A DNA stretch of 64,000 nt, taken from Octopus vulgaris (Eukaryota). The position numbers and the translations under genes are program-made. Of this stretch, positions 11,530 through 25,261 are shown one piece after another. The DNA lies in assembly GCA_951406725.2 (NCBI GenBank), contig OX597821.1:43896001-43960000 (forward strand). Direction: 5' to 3'. Below the pieces are notes generated by a model. The model was not told the origin of the DNA and did not search any database. It saw only the letters and a list, made by a program, of their open reading frames with translations. Position 1 is the stretch's first letter. Every line of letters begins with the position of its first letter.

Positions 11530-14324
11530 CAGTATTTCCCAAACTTTTCGAGCCAAATTACAATATCGCTCACCTATCAGCCAAAAAATGCTCAATCGCC
11601 AAGCTGTATTAAAAAAAATACCTGACACAACGGCCCACCCAAATTCCCCTAGCCCCACCTCCCTTATCATTTAAATTACAGACTATATCGTAGACTCATT
11701 GCTCTGTTAGCGCCGTTTGTACTAAATATGCGGTTGTTTACAAATTCTTTATTGTGGGTTTAGTTTTACCATTAGTATGAATAAAATTCTTACGTTAACT
11801 CTATATTTTTCAGTCAGATTAACTTCTGGAAACTTGCACTTTCTTTTACACTGATTTTCATTTCCCCCAAATGAACCATTGATCAGAACGACCGATGCAA
11901 AAATAATTGATGATTGTGTTATAAAGGAAAATAATAAAACTTTTTAATGAGAACCACGTGTCTGGTGCGATGCAACTAGTGCAGATACATTCGGTTTCAA
12001 ACTTGTCAACTTTCTCGTTGTGCCATATCCAGTTCAATTCTTTTATGGGAAAGTAAAGTTCCAACATGGTTAAAACCAAATTCAACCAGGTATGAGATAG
12101 AGAAGGCAAGCATAAGTAATTTCAGGTGTTTCCACAGACTGGGGTAGAAATTCAGTATACTCTGATGGTACCACAAACCTTCTTTACCATTACAGCGATA
12201 TCGCATTGTGGCGTCATTGTCATTTTCTAATTCTTTCAATTCCCCCTGAACGTTATTCTCGCAATCGACTGCATCGACCTCAAACGGATTGCTATAACTG
12301 TTTGGAATATTCAACACAATACCATTTTGAAATCGCTCCGCCATGTTATCGTGCGATATGTAGTTAAATCCTCATGAACTAATTTATCCTTCAAATAATC
12401 AAGTTGAGGAAATTGATGGAACTGACGTTTTGAAATGTTAGTCTTCGAAATGAAAGTAGTGATAAATGATTTACAATTAACGGGAGGTTTTCTGTTTCCT
12501 TGCAATATCTTATTCAAATCATTTAATTTTGTGAATATATCACAAAGAAAAAAGATATCGCACCTTCCAGCCATCAATGAAGCGGATAGTGGAGTATCTT
12601 CAAATAAAGATAAGATCATATGAAACAGTTCAACAAAGCGTAAAACACAGTTTCCTTTTGACAGCCACCGCACTTCGGTAGGGTATAAGAGCTTAGTAGT
12701 TGACGGAAAATTCCATCAGACAAGGGACTGGACTGTTCAAAGTCTTGATAACTAACTGTAGCGCAAAATTCAACCTACCGTTCATATTTTTTGCCACTAA
12801 ATGCTGCCGGTGTGCCAAGCAATGAACAGTTAGTATTTAGTGGGAAATTTCACGCTTTAGGAGAGATGAAAAACCTCTGAATCTGCCCTATCATCGAAGG
12901 GGCTCCATCAGACGCACAGGCAAGAATATTACTGAGTGGGATATTATGTTCAAAAAGGAAAGACTTGAGAGTGTGAAAAATAGTTGCATCTCTTGAATCA
13001 AGCGGCAATTTCTCTGTAAACAGCATTTCCTCACAAGGTTGAAGATCTTCTCTGAGTTGACTTATCCACTTGTATAGAAAATTAAGAACGCTGGAGAATA
13101 TTAATGAGCTGATGTTTGACATCGTTGGCCATTTTATCAATGCTTCGAGAAATTGTGTTATTACTAAGTGGGAATTTCTTCATAATGTTATCGGGTTTTT
13201 CATGCATAGCGGTTGACAAAACCTCTTCGATAACTGGGCGAAGTAATGTTTCTCCAATTGTGTGAAACCGCCCAGACTTAGCAACAAGCAATGCAATGTT
13301 GTACGAGGCAATCAACCCGTCATTCCCCTCTTTACTAGTCTCCTGGAATAGCGTATTCAATGTTTGTATTTACTTTTTGAAAGAAGAGCTCAGTTGCAAA
13401 AAGTATGATGACGGCTTGTCCTTCTCAGAATGTTTTGCATCAAAGTGATGCTTCAAGCGTGAAGGTTTCACTGCTTCGTTGGTCAATGTTTGATGGCAAA
13501 GAAGGCACATCAGAAAGGCAGTATGGTATTCCCAAAGAGAAGAAGTCAATAGAGCAGAGTCACGTCTTTACTGACACGTCTTCACTGGAGCAAATACGGA
13601 TCTAGTTCGTTTGGCTGCCAGCATTTCAAAAATTAAAGTTTATCGAAAATTTTAAAATTTAGCACATTAAAATACTTTTCCAAGATGAATTGCTGGAGTT
13701 ATTCAGCTTTTTCAGAAAAATGTTTTAAAAAAGTTATAGAGGTTTAAAGTTTGATCATTTTCACCAAGTCAAGAAACACGATTTCAAAGCTGTCATTTTG
13801 TGCGTGACTGCACATTTTGTCAACATCTTGAAAATAGCACTTGTGTTTTGATATGAAACCACAGAATTACGTACCACATATAACCCCGCATAAGGTTTTT
13901 TTATTTTTCGGCGTTTTCAGGAAATTTTTTGCGAATTTGAATTCTACACGCGGGACTTCATACCATTATGCTCCCTGCCCACAAAAAATTGTAGTGGAGT
14001 GTGATTTAAGGCCTAGGCCTATTTGGCTGCTATTTCTAGCACGCATGACAACCATCTGAGTGACTGCGACAGAAATATTCGATCGATAAACAAGTCCGCT
14101 TTTTTAATACAAACTGACGTCTCATGCGAGTAGTGAAATCGATAAAAGTGCATCCTTATTCTAGGAATGCCTAGATATCAGTAAATGCAGACTTGATTTC
14201 TAATAATTCATTGTCACCCACAAAATGTTCATATCGCCCGCCAAAAATCTCAAATCGCCCCCATTTCTAGAAATTCGCCCATCGCCCACTTGTAAGTTGA
14301 ACTCGCCCACTTTGGGAAGCTATG
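11530..14324 (-). mobile_element. Buster-type hAT DNA transposon (ZBED5/SCAND3-like transposase), decayed
   Basis: Frameshifted transposase: ASYNIALLVAKSGRFHTIGETL, PLSNNTISRSI, CASDGAPSMIG, RWLSKG, AFSISYLVEFGF. Ends CAGTATTTCCCAAAC and, reverse-complemented, CATAGCTTCCCAAAG; clustered TCGCCC subterminal repeats at 14235-14310. Flanking 8-mers gtgactgc/gttaaagc match at only 5 of 8. Confidence 0.85.
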
Positions 14325-16145
14325 GTTAAAGCGCTTGTTTGCACTTAAGCATAGAAAGATCTTCGCTGAGAAAATTGTCATGGGAGAGAAATCCTCCCTA
14401 TATACAACATGTATAATCCCCGTCCCTACCATAAAAAAACTGGGCTTTGAGCGACGTCATCGTGTCGTAGGATACGTGTTTCCGCATCGTTTCGCTTCAT
14501 CATTTACAGACACGAAATTTATCATTCACAGCCTACTGTATTTCAATCAACGTTGTTTAGTGCGCTTTTAGTTAATTCCAGCTTGGGAAAGTTTTGTACA
14601 CCTCAGAAAATTTATTATCTGCGGTTTAAATAAAGGAACAGCAGTTCTTAGTCGTGAACGATAGATCTGATATCCACGACTGATGAAACAACAAGGGAGA
14701 AATACGTGTCTTCCCAGTGGAGTGCTTTCCACACACAGTATCTATAAAATGAATTTCTCTCCCGAAACAGTTCCCGCAGCGAAAGTCTTTCCGCGTCTGA
14801 GTGTACATGAATGTGTTAAATATAATTGTACACACAATTCAGGGATTTTAACTCTTTTCAAAAGAGAGCCTGTCAAAATTGAGATAACCTTACGAGCTTG
14901 TGCGCTTCATAAATCGTGGAATATAGTAGGTTTGTATGCACGTGTGTATGTGTGTATGTGTGTATATAGCTTGGAAACACCTGCTAATATCTTATATTTT
15001 TTGCCTTTTTATATCCTTTTTCTCGTTTACATAGTTTTCATTCGACTCCAGCTTCTTTCATCCACAGTTTTAACATTCTACAAATTACCCCATTAACTTC
15101 AACTTTCGCTATAAACATCTACACCCGCCCACTATATAGTATAAATTATTCACATTTTTCGAAGTTTTAAATCCTTAAGTAATCCATATTTTATAAATTT
15201 AATGCTAAATTATTACATTTGAAAACTCCTTACTTTCGTAAGCCTTTTCCAGATTTAAAATTTAGTGTTTTTTTAAAAAAACTTTTTACATTATGAAATT
15301 TTAATTTATTTTTGAATTTATATGTAATCTTATAAATATTCTAAACTCCCTTTCGGTAAAAAAAAAAAAGAAAGAAAGAAAGAAATATTACGTTGAAATC
15401 TCATAAATAAAATATTACTCTTAAATCTTCGATTGATCATAATCCACTTCATTAAATCTACATCCAGATCAACATTTAAGAATGGTTACGTATCCCCAGT
15501 TGGTTATAATTTTTGCCCATAAAGCCCGCGTCGAAAATAAGTTTAAAAAACAAAACAACAACTTGATGCCATTGTAACAAAAGTCAACTCAGATTATAGT
15601 GTAAATTCAGATCGTAAAAACCCAACCATTATAAAGCAAAATATTTTTAAGCCATAAACCTCCGCATAAATTCTTCATTGTTTACTAAAAACATTCCACC
15701 ACAACACTACACAAGCAACATCTCCCGATTTCACTGTTTCGGTTATTTTATCGTTGATTGACTGGCATAAAGACAAGTACGTATTGTTGGAAGGTGAGAC
15801 AGCTTTTATTTCACTACGCTTCAAAATTTTCCAACCGAGCGAAACGAGCGAACAATCGCGTAATCCATGCAATACATACATACATACATACATACATACA
15901 TACATACATACATACATACATACATACATACATACATACATACATACGTTTTTTACTTACATTTACTGGTGTCTAACTTGTTGAACATTTGTAACCAAAT
16001 TCTTTCAATATTGAGTGTTTTATTGATATCTGCAAGGATTTTTAAATTCCATTTTTTTTCTTCTAACTATATAATTTTTATTCACACACAGAGAAATATC
16101 TCAAAAGTAAATAGATACCCCTAAACACACACACACACACACGCA

Positions 16146-16654
16146 TTTCTTCTCCTTGACTTACGACCGAATTCCGTTCGACTGACAGGTCGTATGTCGG
16201 ATTTATATTTTTCAACACAATTTTCATTCAACTCTTCATCTGAAAGCTCTTTAGTCTCACAATCTAGCAACTCTTCCACATCATCTATTTCACATTCTAA
16301 TTCTTGATTGTTTGCAAGTTTAACTATGTCTTTTCTAATCACTTCTAACTCCTCTTCTTGTTCAAATCCTTCAAATGTATTCGCATAAGATTTGAGACGC
16401 TTTTTCCAAATTCCTGACATACGCTTCTATGGTACACATTCCCATGCGGTCGAAATATTCTTGATATACTGAAGAATGTTGTACTGCTTCCAAAAATCTC
16501 GCAAAGATAATTCTGCATCAGAATCGACTGCTTCGATGGCTTGTGTGAATGTCGTTTTGAGGTAATAAGTCGTAAGGCTTTATCTACTTTTTGTGGTCGT
16601 AAGTGCAGATGGTCGTAAGTCGCTTACGACCGTCTTAAGTCGTTAGTCGAGGAG

Positions 16655-16658
<4 letters not shown>
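16146..16658 (-). mobile_element. Internally deleted Tigger/pogo element
   Basis: YYLKTTFTQAI..FWKQYNI..AW..MSGIWKK...DDVEELL (TIGD1-like); TIR-like cttctcct(t/c)gact(t/a)acgac at both ends. Confidence 0.8.
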
Positions 16659-16699
<41 letters not shown>

Positions 16700-17785
16700 A
16701 TTGATTAAAGTTAAAACATGATCTGGTTTCCACGTTTTTTATTATGGTGTTTTAACATTAAAAAAGTATTTTTTGATATTCATATAGTTCAATTGGAGCT
16801 TTCAGTTGAGTTCTTGACAACTTTCGTACCTCTTAGAATGCTCCAACAAGCAGAATTTTCGGAATGCACTTTTGACCAATCCGCACTGTTTTCCGGGCGT
16901 ACCGATATTCTGTAATTTGTTTATATTCATATGTTATAGATATTTTTAAATCTACATCATTAACTGGTTGTTATATTATTGTTTTTTATTTCCGTTCAGA
17001 ACAGGTCTGAACATTTTAATAAACCGTTTTTCTTTTATCTTTCTTCCAACCCCACTTGTGTCATGTAGTTTGTAGAAAGGAAAGATTAGAAACATTTTCT
17101 GCCCACATGTTTCTATATGTTCGCTCAATGGAATTTGGTGAACATTGGTGTTCCAGATTTGTTGTCTGTGGACTCGTGAGCGCTCCGATAATGCATTCCT
17201 TGTCTCGCCTATATATAGTTCCTCGGAGTTCGGGCATTTAATGCAGTAGATCAAATTTCTGCTTTTGCAGTTCATATCTGCATTCTTTTCTAATGGATTT
17301 TCTAGTATATTGACATGTTTCACGTCTGTTATCATTACACTTGGATACTGTGAACGTTTTATCCTGTTTGTTCATGTTGAATTTTGCCTATGATAATAGT
17401 TTCTTTAGGTTATGTGGTTGCCTCTTGCTTAAGATAAGTGTTTGATAAGTTATTATGTTTTTTAATTTTTCACTTTGTTTTCTGATTGGAAAATTTGTTT
17501 TGATGATGTTAAAAATGTTTCGGTGATGCAGATTGTGTGTTTACTAGAAATAGTATTGTGTTCCGTTGATGGGTTCGTCTTTTTCGTGTTGCCGTAATTT
17601 GTTCTATAGGTATCACTTTTGCTCGTGTGCTATTTTTTATAAGTAGGAGAGGGTAATTTTGCTTGAGCAGAAATCCCTTGAGTTCTATAAGTCGTGTGCG
17701 TCTGGTATTTGGATCATCTACTATAGTACAAATTTTCCTGGCTAGACAGTACGGGATGTTGCGTTTTGTGTGTGTTGGGTTCACC
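16700..17785 (-). mobile_element. Penelope-like element: RT thumb, GIY-YIG endonuclease and pLTR
   Basis: HTKRNIPYCLARKICTIV..LLKQNYP (RT C-terminus); NLIYCIKC..LYIGETRNALSERSRVH..KEKRFIKMFRPVLN (GIY-YIG); hammerhead relic downstream. Confidence 0.9.
16793..16846 (-). ncRNA. Degenerate hammerhead ribozyme in the Penelope pLTR
   Basis: TTGGAGCATT CT-AAGA G GTA C GAAA GTTG..CAAC TG AAAGCTCCAA. Helix I pairs 9 of 10, helix III AGTTG/CAACT; core lacks G5 and the cleavage triplet is not NUH. Confidence 0.55.
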
Positions 17786-18255
17786 TCTTACAGATACCAG
17801 GCGTCATCCGCGATACAACAGTTTCATCGTAGGATCTACGTAAGGAATTCTTCGGTACACGTTTAATATGTTTGAAAAGGATTGATTAGGAAGACTAAAT
17901 AAAGTGCTAAATAATGCTTACAGTACTCTCTGTGTTCCCTATCAATCATTCAATTTATGTATGTGTATATATATATTTCAAAAGCGTGCAAAATATCCCT
18001 GCTCACTAAGCAGGCTCCGGCGGTGTTGCCGGGTATTCTAACCAGTGAAAGATAAATATCATTTAATATATGCAAGATTTAAATTTTCATGCTGTGAATC
18101 ACAAGCTGGTCGGACAAGCTTCTGTAGCATGTCTGTGTGTGTGTGTATGTATGTATGTATGTATGTATGTATGTATGTATGTATGTATGTATGTATGTAT
18201 GTATGTATGTATGTATGTATGTTTGTGTGTGTGTGCGTATGTATGTATGTATGTA

Positions 18256-18286
<31 letters not shown>

Positions 18287-18319
18287 ATGTATGTATGTAT
18301 GTATGTATGTATGTATGTA

Positions 18320-19571
18320 TTAGGTTGTCTCACATGAAATGTCGCATTTGAAAAAGCAAACATTAAAATTGTTTTTTACGTTTTAGAATATTATTTATTT
18401 TATCAAAATACAATCCTTGTTCATTTATGACCTTCATCCGAACATTCCTCTAAGGCATATATTCCATCTTCAAAGAGTTTGTCATCTTTTATACTGGCAA
18501 ACTGTTCGAATACTACAATTATCTCTTCTTTATTTAAGAATGTTTTATTGCGTATAGCAAGCTCGAAGTATTTAAATATGTGATAATCAGTAGGAGAGAT
18601 ATCAGGAGAATAAGGAAGATGTGCCAAAATTTCATAATTCCGTCTTTGCAGCTTGTGGACCGTACGTTGCGAAGTGTGAGACCGTGCATTATCATGAAGC
18701 AAAATTGGGCCATCTCTATTCAGTAATCTGGGCTAATTTTTTTTAAAAACTTTTCATGCATGCAATCAATTTTCTGACAATAGGATGTTACTGTTACAGT
18801 TTTTCCTTGTTGCAAAAGTGAATAATGAAAAACTCCGCTTTGTTGACCACCATACGGTGACCATCAACTTTTTAGGGTGCAATGGTGGTTTTGGGTAGTG
18901 TTTTGGTGACTCTCCTGCATCTAACCAGTCCTGTCCTCCTGCTGTTATCAAAGAGTATCCATTTCTCATCACATGTAATGAGTTGATACAAAAATGGTTC
19001 TCTTTCCAACCGAGAAATCAAGATGGAACAAACTGTAATGCGTCTGTTTCTTTGAATCTCATTAAGTTGATGGGGAACAAACTTATCCATCATTTTGACT
19101 TTTCCAATTTTCTTCAAGTGTCGCGAAGCAGTTGCAGGAGATGTCTGGAGGTCTGATCCGATTTTTCGGACTGTTCTCGGATTTCGTTTAACCAAAGCAT
19201 TCAATTTATCATGCCGAATAACTGATTTTGGTCTCCTTCTTGGTTCATTTTGAAGGCTTTCATTTTCTGAACGAAATCTTTGGAACCATCTCTGACCAGT
19301 TCTAATGCCAACAGAATAGTTACCAAAAATTCCGCTTGATGTTTCGTAGAGGTTCGGTGGGAGGGTCATCCAACTTGTATTCGTACAAGAAAATCACTCG
19401 CTATTGTCAACATTGTCATAAGAGCTGTGGGTAGCAGTTTTGAATAATAGTATTGTCGAGAAAGAAAAACAACCAGGAGTAAACACAAGCACACATAAAA
19501 ACTCATTAAAAATTCATTTATAGATGACTCATAAGAATTCCATTTAAAATACATTTCATATGAGACAACCT

Positions 19572-19573
<2 letters not shown>
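18320..19573 (-). mobile_element. Full-length mariner (DD34D) with frameshifted transposase
   Basis: TIRs ttaggttgtctcacatgaaatgt and (rc) taaggttgtctcatatgaaatgt with TA on both sides, 1254 bp. Motifs FVPHQL, TCDEKW, HDNARSH, YSPDISPTDY; 34 residues between the last two Asp. Confidence 0.95.
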
Positions 19574-19657
<84 letters not shown>

Positions 19658-20525
19658 GTATCGTAAATGTACAAACGAACGGGAAACAGCCACAGGATGG
19701 CAAGTCGAAAAACATAAAGTGAATGCACTGACGAGCGGAAAACAGACACAGAAGATCTCCGGCCCCTCATTAGTTATCGGCCAGAGGGTCAAAACGCAAT
19801 TTCGTCCCGCTATCAATAATATTGATTCCCTTCTGGTGGCGACCGGCAAGAACTGCCGGGAAATGGGACCGAAACACAACAGAACGAGAACGGACAGACA
19901 ATAAAGGGAAAAAAATGCAATACAGAAGTGAACATACGAAAAAGTCCGTTCGTTGGCGGACGAAATAATAGACAAACAAGATATAACGTTAGGGCTAGAC
20001 GAAGATGAAAGTAGGAGTAACGCTAAGATGGAAATCCTAAAGAATTAGAAGCATAAGGACAACAGACAGTGGAACAGGTTGAAGTGGATGGGTGAAATTT
20101 ATAGAAAAACAAAAGACGAAAACAGATGTATGAACAAGTAAGTGTATTAGTTTGAAATCTACAAGTTTTTTTCATTCTCTCTTTTATTTTCTCTTATTCC
20201 ATTCTGTTGAAGAGCATAGGCTCGAAACGTACAAGACTTTTTCACTTTTCCCGAGCCCCAAACTAATACACTTGCTTGTTGTTCATAAACCTGTCTTCGT
20301 CTTTTGTTTTTCTTTAAATTTTTACTATATATTATACGCTCACGTGGTTCCCCCACCACCCCAAGTTTGATCATGACTGAACTTCCTTCTCTTTGGACTT
20401 GCATATCTGAACCACTTCCCAGACTTTCAGCACCTCTCCTCATCCACATACCAGTACTCCACCCGGATTACCACTGGATCTACTGACCCTACCTTCACAG
20501 ATTTCACTGGATTTTTGGGAGCTGA

Positions 20526-20572
<47 letters not shown>

Positions 20573-20686
20573 TGTTGTGTCTGGGGAGAGTCATTCTCTT
20601 TTAGTACCTTATTATTTAACACACTCACCGGTGAGTGTGTTAAATAATAAGGTACTAAAAGAAAATGACTCTCCCCAGACACAACA
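20573..20686. repeat. Near-perfect spacerless palindrome with 57-bp arms
   Basis: Centre caccggtg at 20629/20630; one mismatch. Confidence 0.95.
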
Positions 20687-20751
20687 AAATATGCTTCAAC
20701 ACACGATCTCATATAAAGAATCTTGCAATCCAAATCCCAAAACGAAATATA

Positions 20752-20822
<71 letters not shown>

Positions 20823-21269
20823 ATGTATGTATCTATGTATGTATGTGTGTGTGCGTGTGTACGTGCATGCTTATTTGTAAACTGTATATGAGTGTATGCT
20901 TTTGGGGATTATGATTATATATGTATAAGTGTATATTTCAAAAACAAATCACATTACACATTCATCATTCTTAATCTACAATCACGCTTTGTCTTTCGCA
21001 TCACACCCCAATTCAACAACTACACACCTCTACCCTCAACGACATGCCCACTGATGAAAACCTCGCACTACTGCTCTCAATTAATTAATAATTAATCCCG
21101 CCGGAACCACTTTCCAACAGTTATTTCTAGTTATATTTACGTATTTACAAATAGACTTATTTTCGTCTTTATAGATATTCATATATCTTGTCATAGTCAT
21201 TTATCCGTCTGTTCATATATATTCATGTCTATTTATATATTCATATGTCTATTCACATATTTAACCATC

Positions 21270-21680
21270 TTCTAAATTAATTAGAGTTGACAATTTGGCG
21301 TTCATCCACACCACCGCCACCCAGCATGTACCAAGAGCTCATTACCCGCCATTTGATTTCCATTCTCGAGTACATCTATTGGTTATCCAAGCATTCACTC
21401 ATCAATAATACCTCCGCGCGTCACATGGCTCAGCGATTCTCGTCTCAAAACCTAGACAATCACCTATTTATGCAACCACATATACAACGTACAACTCTAC
21501 CTTTCTCATCACATCAAATAATTCTTCATCTGCACTAATCTTAAAAACCGTTATCCCCGATCAATCACTAACATCTTCTGGTTCATTCATCACTCCGTAT
21601 TTACTCAAAATTATACACATATAGTTAGTTGCTTCTAAAATATACTACGGACTGAGGAATCACAAGTTGAAATTGACAGC
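21270..21680 (+). mobile_element. Highly decayed Penelope GIY-YIG 3' remnant
   Basis: YIG-like ctattggttat followed by His-rich GIY-YIG-like residues across frameshifts; CTGAGGA..GAAA relic near 21652. Confidence 0.35.
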
Positions 21681-21741
21681 CAGTGCGATACTTTGATCAC
21701 ATTATTCCTAAATACATACATACATACATATATACATACAT

Positions 21742-21818
<77 letters not shown>

Positions 21819-22205
21819 CAGTTAGACCCTCACACATGGTTTCACACTACCCATCTAAAATTGACACATGTACTGGAGTTGAACTCGCGGTACACACGTT
21901 CCAAAGGGTTGTGTGGTAACGCAGTGGAAATAGCGTGTGTATGTATGTATGTATGTATGTATGTATGTACGTACGTATGTATGTGTGTATGTTTGTATGT
22001 GTATGCGTGTGTAAGGGTGTGTGTGTGTGTGTGTGTCTGTGTGCCTAACAAATAGTAGTCATTTACTGAGTAATACATCGGAATTAAATTTGAATTTTTA
22101 TTACAAATTGGAAATCATTAATATTGATTTATATTTCTATTTTTTTTCCTGGGTCGGTACTGTCTACCTTGTCTACCTAAACAAAATGCTTCCGATTCTA
22201 TACAA

Positions 22206-22296
<91 letters not shown>

Positions 22297-22460
22297 GGCC
22301 TGTCTGTCTGTATGTATGACTGTCGGTCTGTTTCAGCAGCATTTTGATGAATAGTTAGTTTAATACGATTATATCATGAAAAAATTCCGCTATCATCAGG
22401 TGATTTGTTAACAGGTGGGAAGAGAAAGTTTAAACCGACCCGCTTTTAAAGATATTAGCA

Positions 22461-22584
<124 letters not shown>

Positions 22585-22826
22585 AAAACGGCGGTAGTCA
22601 GAATTTTGGATAATTCTTTATTAGCGCCTTCGTCCCGTTCATGGAGACTCTTCAGATATAAGGTTTACAAATTTTTTTTTGTCTTTTATACACATCGAAA
22701 AGATGATGTTGTTTTGTTTTGTTTGGAAAAGGAGAAAGAAAAAATAGGAAAAAAGGGAGGAGAGAAAGATAAAGAAGAGAGAAAAAGAAGAAAGCTGAAG
22801 GAAAGAACTCCTCAGTGTTCGCTGAG

Positions 22827-23293
22827 TATATAACAAATTATAGAAATGTAAAATGGAATATATGAGAAAATTTATTGCTTACAACGTTCGTTTCGATCCA
22901 TCCTGCATCGATCCCTCGCGGGTGGGATGCAGTACAACTGGTTGTGGTGCATCCCTCAGAACAGAGCTGTCTTGTCAGGTGATGTTATAAGTGGCATCTC
23001 GTTAAATAAACCCTGTTTCGCTCGGTTTTAATACAGCATATTGTTAGTAATAGTAGGTTTAAGCCGTTTGGTCATTAACAACAAGCTGTATTCTAACCGG
23101 GCGAAACCAGGCTTATTTAACGAAATATTCATTATTACATCATCTGACCAAATACTTCTACTCTGAGGGATGCCCTACAAACAGTAGTGCAGTATTGCAC
23201 CCGCGCGGAATGGATGCAGAATGGGTTGAAACGATCGTTGTGAGCAATCAACTTTCTCGTATATTCCATTTTCCGTCTGTCATTTGTTATATA
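22827..23293. mobile_element. Foldback/MITE-like element, ~465-bp imperfect palindrome
   Basis: Arms pair over their whole length (tatataacaaat/atttgttatata, gcatccctcaga/tctgagggatgc, cgttaaataa/ttatttaacg); centre near 23060. Confidence 0.8.
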
Positions 23294-23449
23294 CATACAT
23301 ATTTACGTTCGTTTATATATATACAGGCAAATATTCACTCAACAGAAACAGATAAATTACTTCACTCTATTAATTATTTAAATTAGATGAATTTAGAAGC
23401 TAACAAATAAAAAGTTAAAACTAAGAAAATAAATTAAAATAGAGAAATC

Positions 23450-23780
23450 GATACTCAGTGGTTTGAGCATCGGGTTTACAATCGTCAAGTTGCGAGTTCG
23501 ATTCCCGGACTGGGCTGTGTTGTGTTTTTGAGCAAGACACTTTATTTCCCGTTGTTTCAGTTCACTTGGCTGTAGAAGCGAATTGCGACATCACTAGTGT
23601 CAAGCTGTATCGGTTTTTGCCTTTCCCGCCATTGCTGGCACGGAGAGGGGACACTGGTATGCATGGGTGACTGCTGGTCTCCCACAAACAGCTTTGATCA
23701 AACTTGTGCCTCGGAGGGTAACTTTTTGGGTGTAATTCCATGGTCAATCATGATCAAAGGGGGTTTTCACCCCCATTTAA
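23450..23780 (+). mobile_element. tRNA-derived SINE, family D
   Basis: ctcagtggtt A box, gagttcgattccc B box, ttgagcaagacactt core; homologous to 47942. Confidence 0.8.
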
Positions 23781-25261
23781 CCTACCTTAGGCACAAGGCC
23801 TAAATAAAGTAAATAAATAATACTTGATGAAACAAGACGAGCAACAGGAAAAAGGAAACCAAGAAAGTTACTGGATGTATTATTATCTGATAATCAATTA
23901 CATAAACTTGGACATGTAGAGTTATATCCATGAATATGAATGTGTGTATTCTACGCGTATATACATTAAATAAATGAGTGTAGGCAGTCAAATTAAGCTG
24001 GGGTTGTCTAGTTTTGTGAAAATAACAACTTTCAGTATTTGAATAAACATTTACCAAAGTGTCATCGTTTTACATCCTTGTGTATAGGAACTTATCGGAA
24101 TTCCGAAGGTTTCATGAAGGATGCACTTTTGAGTCGTAGAGAAGTTACACCTATTCCCATTTATTTTTGTCTCAGCATCTATTTTTCCAGTTAAGTGGCA
24201 ACTAACTTCTTTCTGATATTTTAATATAACAAAATGTTTGTAACTAATTTTTTTAAAATTTAATTTGAAACTGTTCATTCTTTTTTTTTTTTAGTTTATG
24301 TAGTTTGAAAGGGGCTGATGGCAGAATCGTTGAAATTGTTGAACAAATATTTTGCGGAATTTGTCCCGGCTCTTTAAGTTCGTGGGTCCGAATCCCACTG
24401 AAGTCATCTTTCTCTTCCGCCAATCCGAGGTCGGTAAAGTGAAATACAAATCAAATACTGGAGACCGATGGTGTCGACAAGTCCCCTTCCCTGAAAAATT
24501 GCTGGCCTTGTGTTTCAATTAGAGAGTAAGAGACTATTCTGTAGCATATCCAACATTTTAACATTTATTTACATTAAATGACTGTATATTTCACAACTCG
24601 GGATTTTAAAAAAAAAGTGATTATTTTTTAACGAGAATTTGAAAAAATGTTGTTTAGTTTAATGATTAAGAAAAGATAGTTCTTATGACTTTTCAGATCT
24701 CCATAACTGAAAGGGTGGGATGAAAGAAATTCTTCTCAAACCGGAGACCTGGACCATATGCCTACATTATAGCGAACTTCTCTAAAGGCACCAGCAGGTT
24801 TGATGGTGGTATTAAACTGGGCGATGGCTTGTCTACTTTCCAACAATAAATACAGTACTCTGCCGGTTTCCACATAGTTTTCACCGACCAAATTTTACTC
24901 CGAAAGTTTTGTTCGACACAAGAATATGTTAGAGGACATTTGTTGTAGGTGATGCACAGAAGGTAATGTTTCTGAAACCGTGTAGTTACGAAGTGAACCT
25001 CCTAACCACACAGCCATACCTAAATCTTTATATATTTTTAGTTTTCTAGATTATTTTAACCACCATGCCGGAGTCCAACATTTAAATGTGTGTGTGTGTG
25101 TGTGTAAAATTGAAATGGATATTAAAATTTATACATTTATTAATGGAATACAAGACTATAATTGCTGAGTACACTTTATCAAATTGAACCTTACTTTCCC
25201 AGCTTCAGTATATAACCCTTCCTTCTGTTGTAGTTTTGAGCTCTAATTTTCTACAATACCT

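Noticed and set aside
12006-13360. Domesticated ZBED5/SCAND3-like host gene
   Set aside because: Multiple frameshifts and retained transposon ends indicate a decayed hAT element.
19790-19850. Hammerhead on the minus strand
   Set aside because: Core reads CAGAAGG and helices I and III are poor.
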